From the human T2T-CHM13v2.0 reference genome, Homo sapiens, in NCBI RefSeq assembly GCF_009914755.1, contig NC_060927.1: 64,000 nucleotides of DNA. The stretch is one strand, 5' to 3'. Positions 44,169 to 56,380 of this stretch are shown piece after piece. The position numbers were made by a program, and so were the translations under genes. The notes below the pieces were generated by a model, which worked only from the letters and a program-made list of their open reading frames with translations, had not been told where the DNA came from and did not search any database. Position 1 is the stretch's first letter, and each line of letters begins with the position of its first letter.

Positions 44169-45185
44169 GTGATGTCTTTGTTTCTCTTTAGTTCTGTCTC
44201 TACAATCTCTCCCTTAATCTAATTCATTTTTACAGCTTCAACTGTCCTCTCTGTGCAAAAGACCCCTAAATTCTACCTGTCAGCCTGATCTCTCTTAAGC
44301 TCCAGCTGCCTCTTACACCTTCAACTGCGAATTTTATGATGAAAATTTAAACCTCCTTACTCTACCCCAACCCTCTCAGAATCAGTTCCTTCTGCTAACT
44401 TCCCTGTTTCTTTTCACAGCACCAGTTTTACTCCAGTAATGGTCTCAAAACCTCACAATTCCTTATCTTGCTCACTCCCCCATGTAGATCACTGCCTAAG
44501 TGCCATCAGTTCCTTTTTTGGTGTCTTGGGATGCATCCCTCTGTCTTTGCCCTTCCATTCCCATGATCTCCTCTATCCTCCAAAGGACTCTATTCCTTGG
44601 ACAGTTGATGTTGTTCTTAATTAGGAGAAGAAAACATCCATTTCTCTTCCTTTCCTGAGTACGTAAGAGCTGTTTTACATTACTCCCATTTCATCATGTT
44701 ACCATGAGGGTCATATGCATTTATTCAATTGTTTCAAAGTATTTATTGAGAACCAGGTACTATGTCAGACATTGGGGATATAGCACTGAGTAAACCAACC
44801 AAGATGTAAGTTCTAAGGAAATTCACATTAATCTAGATCTACAAAATACAGACATTAAATAAGTGAATAACCAAATGAACAAGATTGTTGCAGTCTCCTG
44901 GTTCACTCTAGCTGAGCGTTCTCTTCTCTTGAATTTCTAGTGAGCAAACAAAATATTCGGAGGCATTTAACTCATCTTCGTCATATCTAGTCATTTGTGT
45001 ACTGCCTCATTTCTCTTACCAAACTTCTCGAGGGCAGAAACACTACTTCACATGGCACATGATAGGAGCTTGTTTCAACTACAAAAATCAAGGAAGATGT
45101 TGAGGAAAACACTTTGTGTTTCTGCGAAGCATTTTTAAAGGTTTATTGTCTGTAGATGATGCCAGTTTTGTTGGTGGCAACAATA

Positions 45186-45531
45186 CAGGTTGAGCATTCC
45201 TCAACCCCAAAATCTAAAATCTGAAATGCTGCAAAGTCCCAAATTTTTTGAGTATTGACATGATGCCACAAGTAGAAAATTCCACACCTGACCTCATGTG
45301 ACAGGTGGCAGTCAAAATGAAGTCAAAACTTTGTTTCATGTACAAAATTATTATGAAATATTGTATAAAATTACCTTCAGGTGATGTGTATAAAGTGCAT
45401 ATGAAACAAAAATGAATCTCGTGTTTAGACCTGGGTACCATCCCTAAGATATTTCATTATGCATATGCAGATATTCCAAAATCCAGGACAATTCTGGTCC
45501 CAAGCATTGTGGATAAGGTTTACTCAACCTG
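45186..45531. mobile_element. Tigger4/MER46 derivative
   Basis: TIRs caggttgagcattcct / ggataaggtttactcaacctg with TA flanks. Confidence 0.85.
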
Positions 45532-45944
45532 TAGTGACAAGTAATTCTTTGGGTGCGGCATTCAAGGACCTAGTTTCCCTGATATCCACAGTATTAATTT
45601 TTCTCGTCATTCCTTTTCTTTCATTGCCCAGTAAAGAAGTACAACTTAAGCTATATGTCTACTTGCTTTCCCCAATTTCCTGAGGAAAAGCTTAAAAGTT
45701 ATTACTTAAGATGGTGACTTCCCTGCCCATCTTTCCCACCCCCAATACTTCATTTTTTCTAACATTTCAATTTGAACAGAGTAGTAACAACATAGTAAGA
45801 ACAGAATGGAAGGGGTTTTGGACAATAAATATAGTGGTAAAAAGTCATATCCTCAGGCCATCTGAGCATACAGTTTCAAAAGTGAGTAACTGGGGTCAGG
45901 AACTGACTGGAAGGGGCATATGAAACTTTCTGGCATAAGCCGTG

Positions 45945-46360
45945 TGAGTTAAGTGCAAGAGTTGACTTTCAAGTGGACTTTTTCCCACAAATACCCATTG
46001 CTGCACCACTTAGATTCAACAACTGATATTTAATAAACTTGCTTTGTCACAGCTTTCCATTGACCTATCCATCTACCCATCCATCAATTCCTCTCATTTA
46101 CTTGATGTACTTCAAAGTAAGTTGCAGACATCAGTAAGTGCCCTAAATACTTTAGCCTGCATATCATCAATTTGAGTTCATGTTTATTCTTGTTTATTCT
46201 TTTGGGGTAAATTTTATGTACAAAGAAATGCACATATCTTAATGTTTTATTCAATGTGTATTGACAAATATACACACCTGTATAGCCAAACACTTAATCA
46301 ACTCACACAGCTTATGCCAGAAAGTTTCCTATGCCCCTTCCGGGTCAGTTCCTGACCCAG
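45945..46360 (-). mobile_element. Old L1M (MC/ME) 3' fragment
   Basis: cttcaaagtaagttgcagacatcagt...gaaatgcacatatcttaatgt. Confidence 0.65.
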
Positions 46361-46711
46361 GCTATTCACTTTCAAAACTGTATGCTCGATGGCCTGAGGA
46401 TGTAACTTTTTACTATTATATTTATTGTCCAAAACCCCCTTTCATTCTATTGTTGCTAATTGCCACAATTGAAAAAAAATGCTTTTCTGGATTTAAAGAC
46501 ACAATAGTTTGTAGGTGGCAGAAACAATATTTTAATAAGGAAATAATCTAATTTTTCTTCCCTTAAAACATACCTTGAATTGAGTTTTAGGTAGACCCAC
46601 GCTGCAGCTTCACTCTTACTTTATGATAGATTTTGATTTCAAGAGCAGCCTCAGTTGGCTCAGTCAAAAGGGGTTTATTTCTCCAAGTCTGGTGGGTCCT
46701 CAGTTAGTATT

Positions 46712-47066
46712 CGTCTTAGTCTGTTAGGGCTGCTGTAATAAAATATCATAAACTGGGTAGCTTATAAACAACAGAAATGTATTTCTTAGAGTTCTGAAGA
46801 CTGAGAAGTCCAAGATTAAGGCAGTGTCTCATGAGGCCCCGTTTCCTGATTTATAGATGGCAATGGCATCTTCTTACTGTGTCTTCACACAGCAGAAGGG
46901 GCAAGGTAGCTCTCTTGGGCCTCTTTTAAAAAGGGCATGGATCCCATTTGTGAGGGCTTCACCCTCATGACCTAATCACCCCTCAATGGCCCCACCTTTT
47001 AATACCATCATACTGGTGATTAGATTTCCACATATGAAGTTTGAGGGCACAACATTCAGACCATAG
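46712..47066 (-). mobile_element. MLT1A/MSTD-like MaLR LTR
   Basis: gtcttagtctgttagggctgctgtaataaaatatcataaactggg...aacattcagaccatag. Confidence 0.85.
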
Positions 47067-48014
47067 GAGCATTGTTTTCTATGGAACACACTTATTTGGT
47101 ATGAACCCAGAAAATCATGTTTGTTTCTTTGTTTTCCTTGCTTTGATGGCTTTTTGTTGTTGGGCATGCCACAACTTTCTTAGACCTTGGTTTCCATATC
47201 TGAACAATAACAGTGTCAGGCTAAATGATCTCTTGAGGTCCCATCTAAATTTGAAACTCAATACTTTTTATGGGAAGGGAAGCTGTGAAGATCTGAGAAG
47301 AAAAAAAAAATCCCTATGCTACAAAGACTATGCTTTACATAAAAAGTTCATCAATATTTTTTAGTTAAAGATAACAAATGTTACTGCAGTTTGGTAAACT
47401 ATTCTAGCTTAAGTGTTCTTGGAACAGCTGGTTTCTGTTTAAAGTTTTTTGCACTAGCAAATCATACTTCAAATTATAACACAAAGTTGTTTCCAATGAA
47501 TGACTATAAAGAGAAGCCTGTCTAATATATTCATTTTTTTTCATCTTGTTTATACCTCTTGGGAGAGTTTTTTTGACAGGATTTGGGATACAATTGTCAG
47601 AAATCTGTTCTCCCTAGAGCCACCTCTGAGTCATTTCCACTATTTATGGAACAGCAACTGTGAAGAGTGGAATCATGTTTAGACTTTTTTTTTTTTAACA
47701 ACACATGATAAATGTCTTTGGGAGCTTATGTAATATATCCCATTGTCTTCAGTTTTCAGAAAAGACAGAGTCCAGGAAGCAGCTTTTTAAGCTTTGCACA
47801 GCTTGGAAACATGTTCCTGAGTCTTAGGGTCATAGATTGTCAAGGTAGTAACTTGAGTAAGGTTTTAACTGCCTTTGAAGTTAGAGCTGTTCTGTCTTGG
47901 AAAGTGTTTTTTATATTAAACAGATTTCCACTTCATCTTATCTGCTACCTTGCAAAGTGAACTTTTTTCCTTTGGCCTGCTCTTCTTTGCTCATATTTAG
48001 AATTCCAGAACCTT

Positions 48015-48309
48015 GGCTGGACACGGTGGCTCAGGCCTGTAATCCCAACACTTTGGTAGGCCAAGGTGGTTGGATCACCCAAGATCAGGAGTTCGAGACC
48101 AGCCTGGCCAACAAGGTGAAACCGTGCCTCTACTAAAAATACAAAAATTAGCCGGGCGTGGTGGTGCGCCCCTGTAGTCCCGGCTACTCCGGGGGCTGAG
48201 GCGGAAGAATTGCTTGAACCTGGGAGGCAGAGGTTGCAGTGAGCCGATCACACCACTCCAGTCTGGGTGACAGAGTGAGACTCCATCCCCCGCCCGAAAA
48301 AAAAAAAAA
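48015..48309 (+). mobile_element. Alu (AluS)
   Basis: TSD agaattccagaacctt. Confidence 0.96.
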
Positions 48310-49182
48310 GAATTCCAGAACCTTGTTGGGTGGTTGTATTGCAAGGCACTCTACACAGAAGTCTCTCTCAGAGAAGAATGGAGTTTTAGGATGGGGGTGT
48401 ATTGTTTATTGTTTCTTATCCCTGAAAAGTTTCCATCTTCTTGTCTTCATCTTGACTCATTCCCTACCCCCAGGCTTCTGCTTTATTCATCAAGCTTTCA
48501 TTGTGCAGCCAGTGAGCAGGCCTAGAAAGTCCTGCACGTGTTATGTGACCCACCCCTCTCCTGGACTAGGAAGGATTAGGGCAGTGAGCTTCTGCACGGT
48601 GAGTCTCCAGAGTACTTTTCCTTTGAACCTGCTGCTGAAATTGAAGCCTCTGAGGATACCAGGAGTTGAGTTTTCAGGGCCATCTTTTCGTTCTCCTCAC
48701 TAGGAAGGCTGAAATGAGTGTGCTTGTGAGTGCGTCAAGGGAGTCGAATTGAGATAGCAATAGCAGGCTTTGCTCCTGCTTGAACCTCAAATAGTAAAAA
48801 TTAAGAATATTTATAAAAATAGGTTTTTCTCATTCCACAAAACAGATAAGTTATTAAAATTACATTAGCAAATAATCCTAACATAAACTCCCACCATTTT
48901 TAAGAGAGTGCTTGATAGGAAAACTTGTCAAACATGTCAATTCCATTTCTCATGCAAAAAGTACTTGTTTTCTCTGTCAGTAGCACAGTGAAACTGCGTG
49001 GTTAATGGGAAGAGGAAGAGTTTTTGAGACGGCTACATAAATAGAACATAGGACAGATAGATACTAAAATAGCTTAAAAATAATGTCCCTATTGATTTTT
49101 TTAATTTGATGGTTTAAATTCAGTCACATTTTTGTTAAGTACCATTTATGTACTCAGAGCTATTTTATTAAGAAACAACATG

Positions 49183-49505
49183 GGCCAGGCGCGGTGGCTC
49201 ACGCCTATAATCCCAGCACTTTGGGAGGCCGAGGCAGGCGGATCACAAGGTCAGGAGATCAAGACCATCCTGGCTAACACGGTGAAACCCCGTCTCTACC
49301 AAAAAAAATATAAAAAAATTAGCCGGGCATGGTGGTGGGCGCCTGTAGTCCCAGCTACTCAGGAGGCTGAGGCAGGAGAATGACATGAACCCAGGAGGCA
49401 GAGCTTGCAGTGAGCTCAGATCTCGCCACTCGCCACTGCACTCCAGCCTGGGCAACAGAGTGAGACTCCATCTCAAAAAAAAAAAAAAAAGCTAAAAAAG
49501 AAAAG
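49183..49505 (+). mobile_element. Alu (AluY/Sc-like)
   Basis: gagatcaagaccatcctggctaacacggtg; TSD aagaaacaaca. Confidence 0.96.
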
Positions 49506-50195
49506 AAACAACAAAACTAATTGCCTGTGGCAACTGAGGAATATAAATAAGAAAATTTTATTTAACTTTTCCCCCTTAATTTTCTCATTACATTAGCTTG
49601 AAGAATTTATAGCCCAGTTTTTTCTTTTTGTGTATCCTCAAGTCCTGAAGTGGCCCTGAAGCCACTCAGAAACTGGCCCCAGTTTTTTCCCAGAAACATG
49701 TATTGTCTGACTTGTATTTCCTTTGAGTATTGTCCGCAAGTCCAGAATTACTCTGTCTCAGGGAGGATGGGTCTGTTCCAAGAATTGTATGTGCTGCATT
49801 GGGGGGTGTCCATATTTTCAAGTCACAGCGTTGGGTAATAATATATGTACAAAGCCTTACATTAAAAAAAAAAAAACCTTCCAATTAAGAGTTTAGTTTT
49901 CATGAAGTAAATTATAGTGACTTTAATATTTTAATAAGCTCTCTCCCTAAAAAAACTTATAACAGCAATTATTCTATCTTATTTCTATTTGACTTAAAAA
50001 GAAGCTAGGAGCCAAAAATAAGCAGGGAATTTAAAGAATTACAAAATAATCCTTTTAAAGAGTAAAGACCTTTTAGTTATAAAGTTGACAAACACTTCAA
50101 AAACTCAACATAGAAAAACATCCTTTCATTGTTGGTATTCAGAATGGATTGTTCTCTCTTTAGCATGTTAAAAGTTCTAAAATTATCTTTAAGGT

Positions 50196-50200
50196 CTTTT

Positions 50201-50231
<31 letters not shown>
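50196..50231. repeat. Poly-T tract
   Basis: About 29 uninterrupted T after tctttttc. Confidence 0.9.
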
Positions 50232-50510
50232 GATAAGCACCAGCCAAGCAGCCTTAGTGGGTAGGAAGGATGATGCCGGAGGTTAGAAATGTTCAACTGC
50301 AACATTGATTTGTGTCTGTCCCTCTCCCTCTCCCTCGCTGGCCTTTTTCTCGTTAATGAGGACTAGAATGTTTCCACATCAGTTAACTGCCTTCATAAAG
50401 CACCAGAAGGTCACACCAGCTCCAGACTGATCCTTTTCTTTGTGCCTATAATATAATTGGCTGATTGTGCGGGTGATGAGCGCCCCCTCCCCCAGCCCGG
50501 TCCCAGCTCC

Positions 50511-50756
50511 ATGTTCCTAAGCCTGCCTCACTGGTTTCGGAGGGCTGGAGAGCAGCTCAGCTCGCTAGCTGCGCGCTTCCCGGCACAGGCAGTGCCACTG
50601 CGCAGGTTGATCAGCGAAACAGCATCCATTTTAATCTGCGGGGAGCCCCTGCCTTACCAGGGCGTTCTCTCCGCCCGCCGGTGGATGCTCCGCGCCTGCC
50701 CTCCGCAGCCTCGCTCAGCAGTCCTGCGTTGGGGTCTGCGCCCTAGGATGCACTGA
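50511..50756 (+). other. Upstream ORF with in-frame ATGs at 50511, 50685 and 50748 sharing TGA 50754-50756
   Basis: 81-, 23- and 2-aa versions, all in the frame of track ORF 50457..50756; translation not demonstrated. Confidence 0.5.
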
Positions 50757-50757
50757 G

Positions 50758-50787
50758 ATGGTACATCAGGATAACTGCTCGTATCAG
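50758..50787 (+). CDS. SCHIP1: First coding exon of the short SCHIP1 isoform (MVHQDNCSYQ), phase-0 donor
   Basis: gagATGG strong Kozak; ATG GTA CAT CAG GAT AAC TGC TCG TAT CAG|gtaaaa. Peptide recalled from memory as the N-terminus of the short SCHIP-1 isoform; not database-checked. Confidence 0.85.
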
Positions 50788-52199
50788 GTAAAATTTAAAG
50801 CCTGATTCTGAGGCCGGCATCCTTTGGGAGAGGAGGCCTTCCTCTTCCAAAGCAGCAGGTTGCCTCTTTCCGGATATTCAGGGATTTTGCCATCTTCCGC
50901 GCCTGGCCTTCATCACGTGCAGTATCTGAATTGTAATTAGCTTTTCTGGGGAGTAATGGGGCAGAAAACACTGCTTCCTTGGCCTTTAAAGCATTTGTGA
51001 AATTCACGGAGGTGATATGTGCTTTGCATATTTTGTACGTCTGCAAAAAAGAGGAATTGCTTTGGACTGTAATTTGAATTTAAGGGAATTTCAGAGGAAA
51101 ATCTGTTTGGAATCTCACATCGATAACACTGAAAAACGTGATTTTTGCTCGTTGCATAGGATGTGAGTTGCTTCACATCCAGCTTTTAGGACTATCTTTA
51201 AGAAATTATGTAAATAGATAGTCGCGATTGATAATCTTGGAAATTTTCAAAAATCAGCCAGTATGCACTTGATGTTTAAAGTTGCACTTGTGTGTCTTTC
51301 CGAACTTATTTTTACTAGTATGTTGTTTTAAATGGTTGGTAAATAAGCATTAAAGTATCAACATGCATCAAAAACTCCAAATAGAAAAATCTTAGTAATT
51401 CATATTCATTTGTATGCTAATTTGCTACTGGAGTTATGAATTAAACACTTAGACAATTTCAAAAGATCAGCTCTAGAGTGTTTAGTAACTCCTTGGTAGG
51501 ACTTGGACTGTTGAGGCAACATAGAAAGTATCTTTGTTGAAAACAGACAGCAAGAATGTTCTCAGAGAAATTGCTCTTTGCAGCAGCAGGCAGGGCTGGT
51601 CCAAATCTTGGAGAGTTAATATTGGGATATTACTCAACTGACTGAGTTTAGAATCTCTGAGAGACCAATTCTCTAACTTAACAATGCTTCTTCCTTGTGT
51701 GAGGTCGGTTACCTGAGACAAGCAAGTGTTTCTCATAAGGTCAGATTTCACAATGGTAAATATGTGCAGGCAAAATAGTACATTTCACAAGACTCAAGGC
51801 AGTGGTTTCTCAGCTAAGTAACGTGTGCCTATGAAATGTATTTATATACTTTGTCTTGCTTAATAACTAGAAATTTGTACTTACAGATTTATTTCATAGT
51901 ATTTTCATTTTATGGTACATTTAGGGCCATAGATCCTAAATATTGAGCGTCATGCTTCACAGTAATTCTTTCCACGAGAAAGGGGTCAGAGATGCTGAGA
52001 AAAAAACCAACATGTCACTTACACATAATACAGAACTTGAGGGTAGGGGATGTCAAGTATCCATAGAGAGCCTAATCTACACATGGCATGGCTCCAGGTG
52101 ATTGAATTACTATAATAATTAAAATAACTCTCTCTTTTCCAAGAATCTATTTATTTTTGAAGGGCAAACTACTATAAGATTATTCCATATGTCTTTTCA

Positions 52200-52268
52200 T
52201 TAGGTTGAACATAAAAGCATTGTTTTTGTAGGTTGAAAATTGGTCAAATATCAGCAATTTCATCTGGA
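52200..52268. mobile_element. Degenerate MADE2 (mariner MITE)
   Basis: ttaggttgaac...tttttgtaggt...ggtcaaatatcagcaatttcat. Confidence 0.65.
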
Positions 52269-52989
52269 GAGAAGGGGTTATATTAGCATTCTACTTCTTC
52301 CAAAGGAAGATAAATTGATTTTATTTTACATGAGCTGCAATATATAACAGTGTCATTATGTGTTTAATAGTTTTGAAGTATTTATTGCTTATTTTCACAA
52401 TAAAATTAAGTGTATTGGTTGGGTAATAATGGTCAATAGATTTTGCATCTGCATGGGATTTTATAGTAGAACTACCTACATGTGTATGTTCTTTTGAAGT
52501 GCTCTCTCTTTATACATAGCTCAGCAAAAACAGAAACATTAACCTTGAAGCCAAATCTTAATCCCACTTAGAAACCTTCATTTTAGAACCCAGCTGGCAC
52601 CACATGCAACTAGATTCAGAAAAGGTGCTTTCTTGAAGTCCTTAGCTTGATGTTTGTAGTCACTGATGATATCTGCAGTTGAATGGCTTTCGGAAACTTC
52701 CCCACCATTTTACAAGGACTTACTTATTTTTTAAGGATGATATTGCAGTGGTTAAAAGCAAATTTCTTAGATTAGCATTTTTAGTCAGTTGATAGAATTC
52801 ATTTGAAATATTGATTCCTTTTCTCCCATAAATGATGTATGCCAAGATTTCTTAATGGGTAGTCCATGAATGGGGGCTTCAGGGGCCATTCCCCTGAAAA
52901 TTGCATGCACATTTTTGTGCTTTTGTATAGATGTACATCATTGTTGTCGTGGTTGTTATTGTCATCATAATTACAGCAATAATAGCCTT

Positions 52990-53572
52990 CTATGTGTTCT
53001 ACCTACCCCTGCCCTTGCCCACACTCCATAGTCTATTTTCAACACAGTTTCCAAAATGAGCTTTTAAAACTGAAGACAGATCATGTCCCATATCTCAAAA
53101 ATTTTAGTTTATCATCCTGCTCAGAGTAAAAATCCAAGTCCTAACAGGGCTTTATATCAGCTCGTCCCTGCTTCCTCTTGGACTCCGCTCCTACATTCCT
53201 GATTTCCTCCACTACCTTCCTACCATGCTGGGCTGGCCCTGCACCTGCTATTCCTTCTGCCTGGCATGCACCCCCACCTCCCCTATCCACCCCCTCCCCG
53301 CCCCACTGTGTAGGGTTGCCAGATTTAGCAAATAACTTACAGCATTTGGGACATACACTAAAATATTGTTCACTGTTTATCTGAAATTCACATTCAACCA
53401 GGCATCTAATATTTTACATCTTATAGATATTTACCTTATATTGTCGCCTCTACCCCCATCCATTACTCTCTCACTTTCTGCGAGTCTTTGCTCAGATGTC
53501 ACTTCTAGGTGAAGCCTTATCTGGATGTAATCTGTAAACTTCCAGCTCTCCAGTTCTATCCCAATATTTCTT

Positions 53573-53627
<55 letters not shown>

Positions 53628-54120
53628 AGATGGAGTCTCACTCTGTTGCCCAGGCTGGAGTGCAGTGGCGCAATCTCAGTGGCGCAATCAAACTCAGCTG
53701 CTGAGTTCAAGCAATTCTCCTACCTCAGTCTCCTGAGTAGCTGGGATTACAGGCGCCCGCCACCATGCCCAGCTAATTTTTGCATTTTTACTAGAGACTG
53801 GCTTTCACCATGTTGGCCAAGCTGGTCTCGAACACCTGACCTCAGGTGATCTGCCCGCCTTGGCCTCCCAAAGTGCTGGGATTACAGGCATGAGCGCGGC
53901 CTATCCCAATATTTCTATCATGCTTCTCTAATTTATTTTTATATTTATTTATCGCCATTTATCATAGTACATATTTTACTTATTTGTCTATTTTCTGGCT
54001 CCCTCACTCACTTCATGAGGGCAGGGATTTTATCTTTGTTCTGTCTGCTTTCTCAGTGCTTAGAATAGGTCCTCAAGTAATACAGATGGATATGTCTACT
54101 ATTTGTAAAATTGACTAACA
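52990..54120 (+). mobile_element. L2 with nested MER53 (~53310-53420) and Alu
   Basis: cagatcatgtccc...cagagtaaaaatccaagtcct; tagggttgccagatttagcaaataa (MER53); catgagggcagggatttt. Confidence 0.75.
53571..53901 (-). mobile_element. Alu (AluS) with ~50-nt pure T tail and an internal rearrangement
   Basis: TSD tatcccaatatttct. Confidence 0.96.
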
Positions 54121-54135
54121 AAAAAGGCATTGTAA

Positions 54136-54457
<322 letters not shown>

Positions 54458-55569
54458 CTATGGCATTTTGGTTTCTTGTTTTATGACTTTCAGTCCTACT
54501 CCTTCCCCTCCTCCCACCATGAACCTGCACTGTTTTCATTGTGTGTGAGCTGGTTATCTATCCCCTTGTTTCTTGTTAGTTTTCTCATCTGTGAAATGGA
54601 GACTTTCCCAGTTAACTTCCTGGCATAAGAGTTGCCAGGTCCCCTGCCAGAGGCTGCCTTTCTGCATAAACAAGTCAGTTATCATGAATTAAGAGCCCCC
54701 TTCCTCTTGTGTCATTTCTTCTGAGCACATCAGGGGTTTGGTGAGGATTGTTCAGCGGCCCAGGGAAACTGTGTCTCACTTCATTTCCCAGTTGTATCTT
54801 GCTAATATGTAGAAATACAATGGATTCTTACACATTGCTTTTCTAAATGGATGATTTGTTTTGAAAAAGAGAGTTTCGCTGCTACCAAGAGCCTGAACAC
54901 CCCTGTTTGAGCAAGGGCTTGTATGCACTGTTCTTTGAACAACGTAAACCAAGGAGGAATAAACAGAAGGAATTCTCCTACAGAATTTTTCATGGTTGTT
55001 TGTTTTGTTTTTAAAACTGCTCACATCGTCGTCATCTTCATATACTTTTCTTCCTTACAGGATTTATGTTAGCAAAGAGGTTACTGAGGCATGTGTTGTC
55101 ATTTGTGGTCTTAGCCCTGTTAAAAGATAGAGCTATCGACCTCCATTTTCCAGTCTTGGGAGGAAGCCAATCTCTTCAGGAAAGAAACTTGCCCACAGCT
55201 TCAGGCCTGGCAGCCTTCAAGAGGCCACATTTTTCTAAATGGTTTTTGATAGACAGCTTAGAAATATTGTAAACTTGAAAGCACAAGTTTAGGTCGAAGG
55301 GTCCATTTTGCTTAAAAGCTCTTAAATATTTTTTCCCTCTTTCCTGGAGTGGGGTTTTGGGATAAGTGTGTATATAAAAACAATGACATGCTTTCATACC
55401 TTTCTTGCCATTGCTTAAATTCCCTTATGACCGCCCCAGATATAGATCACACCCTGACATTCTTAGCTACTGTGGGAATGGAGACTTGAAGAAGAAAAAG
55501 TAAAATAGTGTGTGAATAACACTCATCTTTTTCCTCCCTTGGGAGCATAAAGAGTCCCTTCTTCAAACA

Positions 55570-56380
55570 CATACCAGGTCATGAGAAGCACCGTCAGAAA
55601 TCTTTAATGCTTCCCTCTGTTCCTTAGGATACATTTCAGACTCCTCTGCATGGCCTTCAAGGCCCGACATTTGTTTCTGACCCCTAGGCAGAAATGCTTC
55701 TCGCTCCAGACCCTTTACTCCTGCCTTCACAGTGCCATCAGTTCTTAGCTGCAATGCCTCAGGCTGAGATGTCTCCTACCCACACACCACCTGCTCCCAC
55801 CCACTGCAGGCTAATGCAGCTTTCAAGGCTCAAATGCCACCTCCTTCAGGAAACTTTTCCCATTTATTTCTCAGTCCAGATTTCTCCTTCTCAGTACATT
55901 TTGTTTTTACTTGTATTAGAACCCATTTACAACTATTTACATATAGGTCTGTCTCCTCCATTAGACGACAAGCTTCTTCTTTTTTTTTTTTTTTTTAGAT
56001 GGAGTCTTGCTCCGTTGCCCAGGCTGGTGTGCTGTGGCGCAATCTTGGCTCACTGTAACCTCCACCTCCCGGGTTCCAGCGATTCTCCCACCTTAGCCTC
56101 CTGAGTAGCTGAGATTACACGCGTCCACCACCATGCCCAGCTAATTTTCTGTATTTTTAGTAGAAACGGGTTTTCACCATGTTGGCCAGACTGGTCTCAA
56201 ACTTCTGACCTTAGGTGATCTGCCCACCTTAGCCTCCCAAAGTGCTGGGATCACAGTCGTGAGCCACCGCGCCTGGCCGACAACAGGCTTCTTGAAGACA
56301 AGGGGCCTTCTTTAAATTTTCACAAGTCTCTGCCTTATACACAGAGTATGTGTTCAATAAATGTTTGTTGGATTGAATTG
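55570..56380 (+). mobile_element. L2 3' region
   Basis: gctcaaatgccacctccttcaggaaact; ends ttcaataaatgtttgttggattgaat. Confidence 0.75.
55980..56278 (-). mobile_element. Alu (AluS)
   Basis: Full dimer inside the L2. Confidence 0.96.

Larger units (their letters stand above)
42690..44620 (+). mobile_element. Degenerate L2 hosting MER44A and an MLT1
   Basis: Pyrimidine-rich L2 body on both sides of the nested elements (ctactgaaattatt..., gcttcaactgtcctctctgtgcaaaagaccc). Confidence 0.6.
50440..50920 (+). promoter_or_regulatory. SCHIP1: CpG-rich internal promoter and 5'UTR of the short SCHIP1 isoform
   Basis: Only non-Alu CpG-dense tract in the window; TATAATATAA at 50447-50456, ATTGG at 50456-50460, C-rich box at 50483-50504, then the first coding exon. 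Confidence 0.8.

Noticed and set aside
50445-50460. CC-(A/T)n-GG as a CArG/SRF box
   Set aside because: 12 A/T bases between CC and GG; the consensus needs 6.
50457-50756. 99-aa track ORF as an independent gene
   Set aside because: Begins at a non-ATG codon beside the TATA-like box, probably upstream of the TSS; kept only as the uORF frame.
53492-53710. Poly-lysine ORF
   Set aside because: Alu poly-A tail read in frame.
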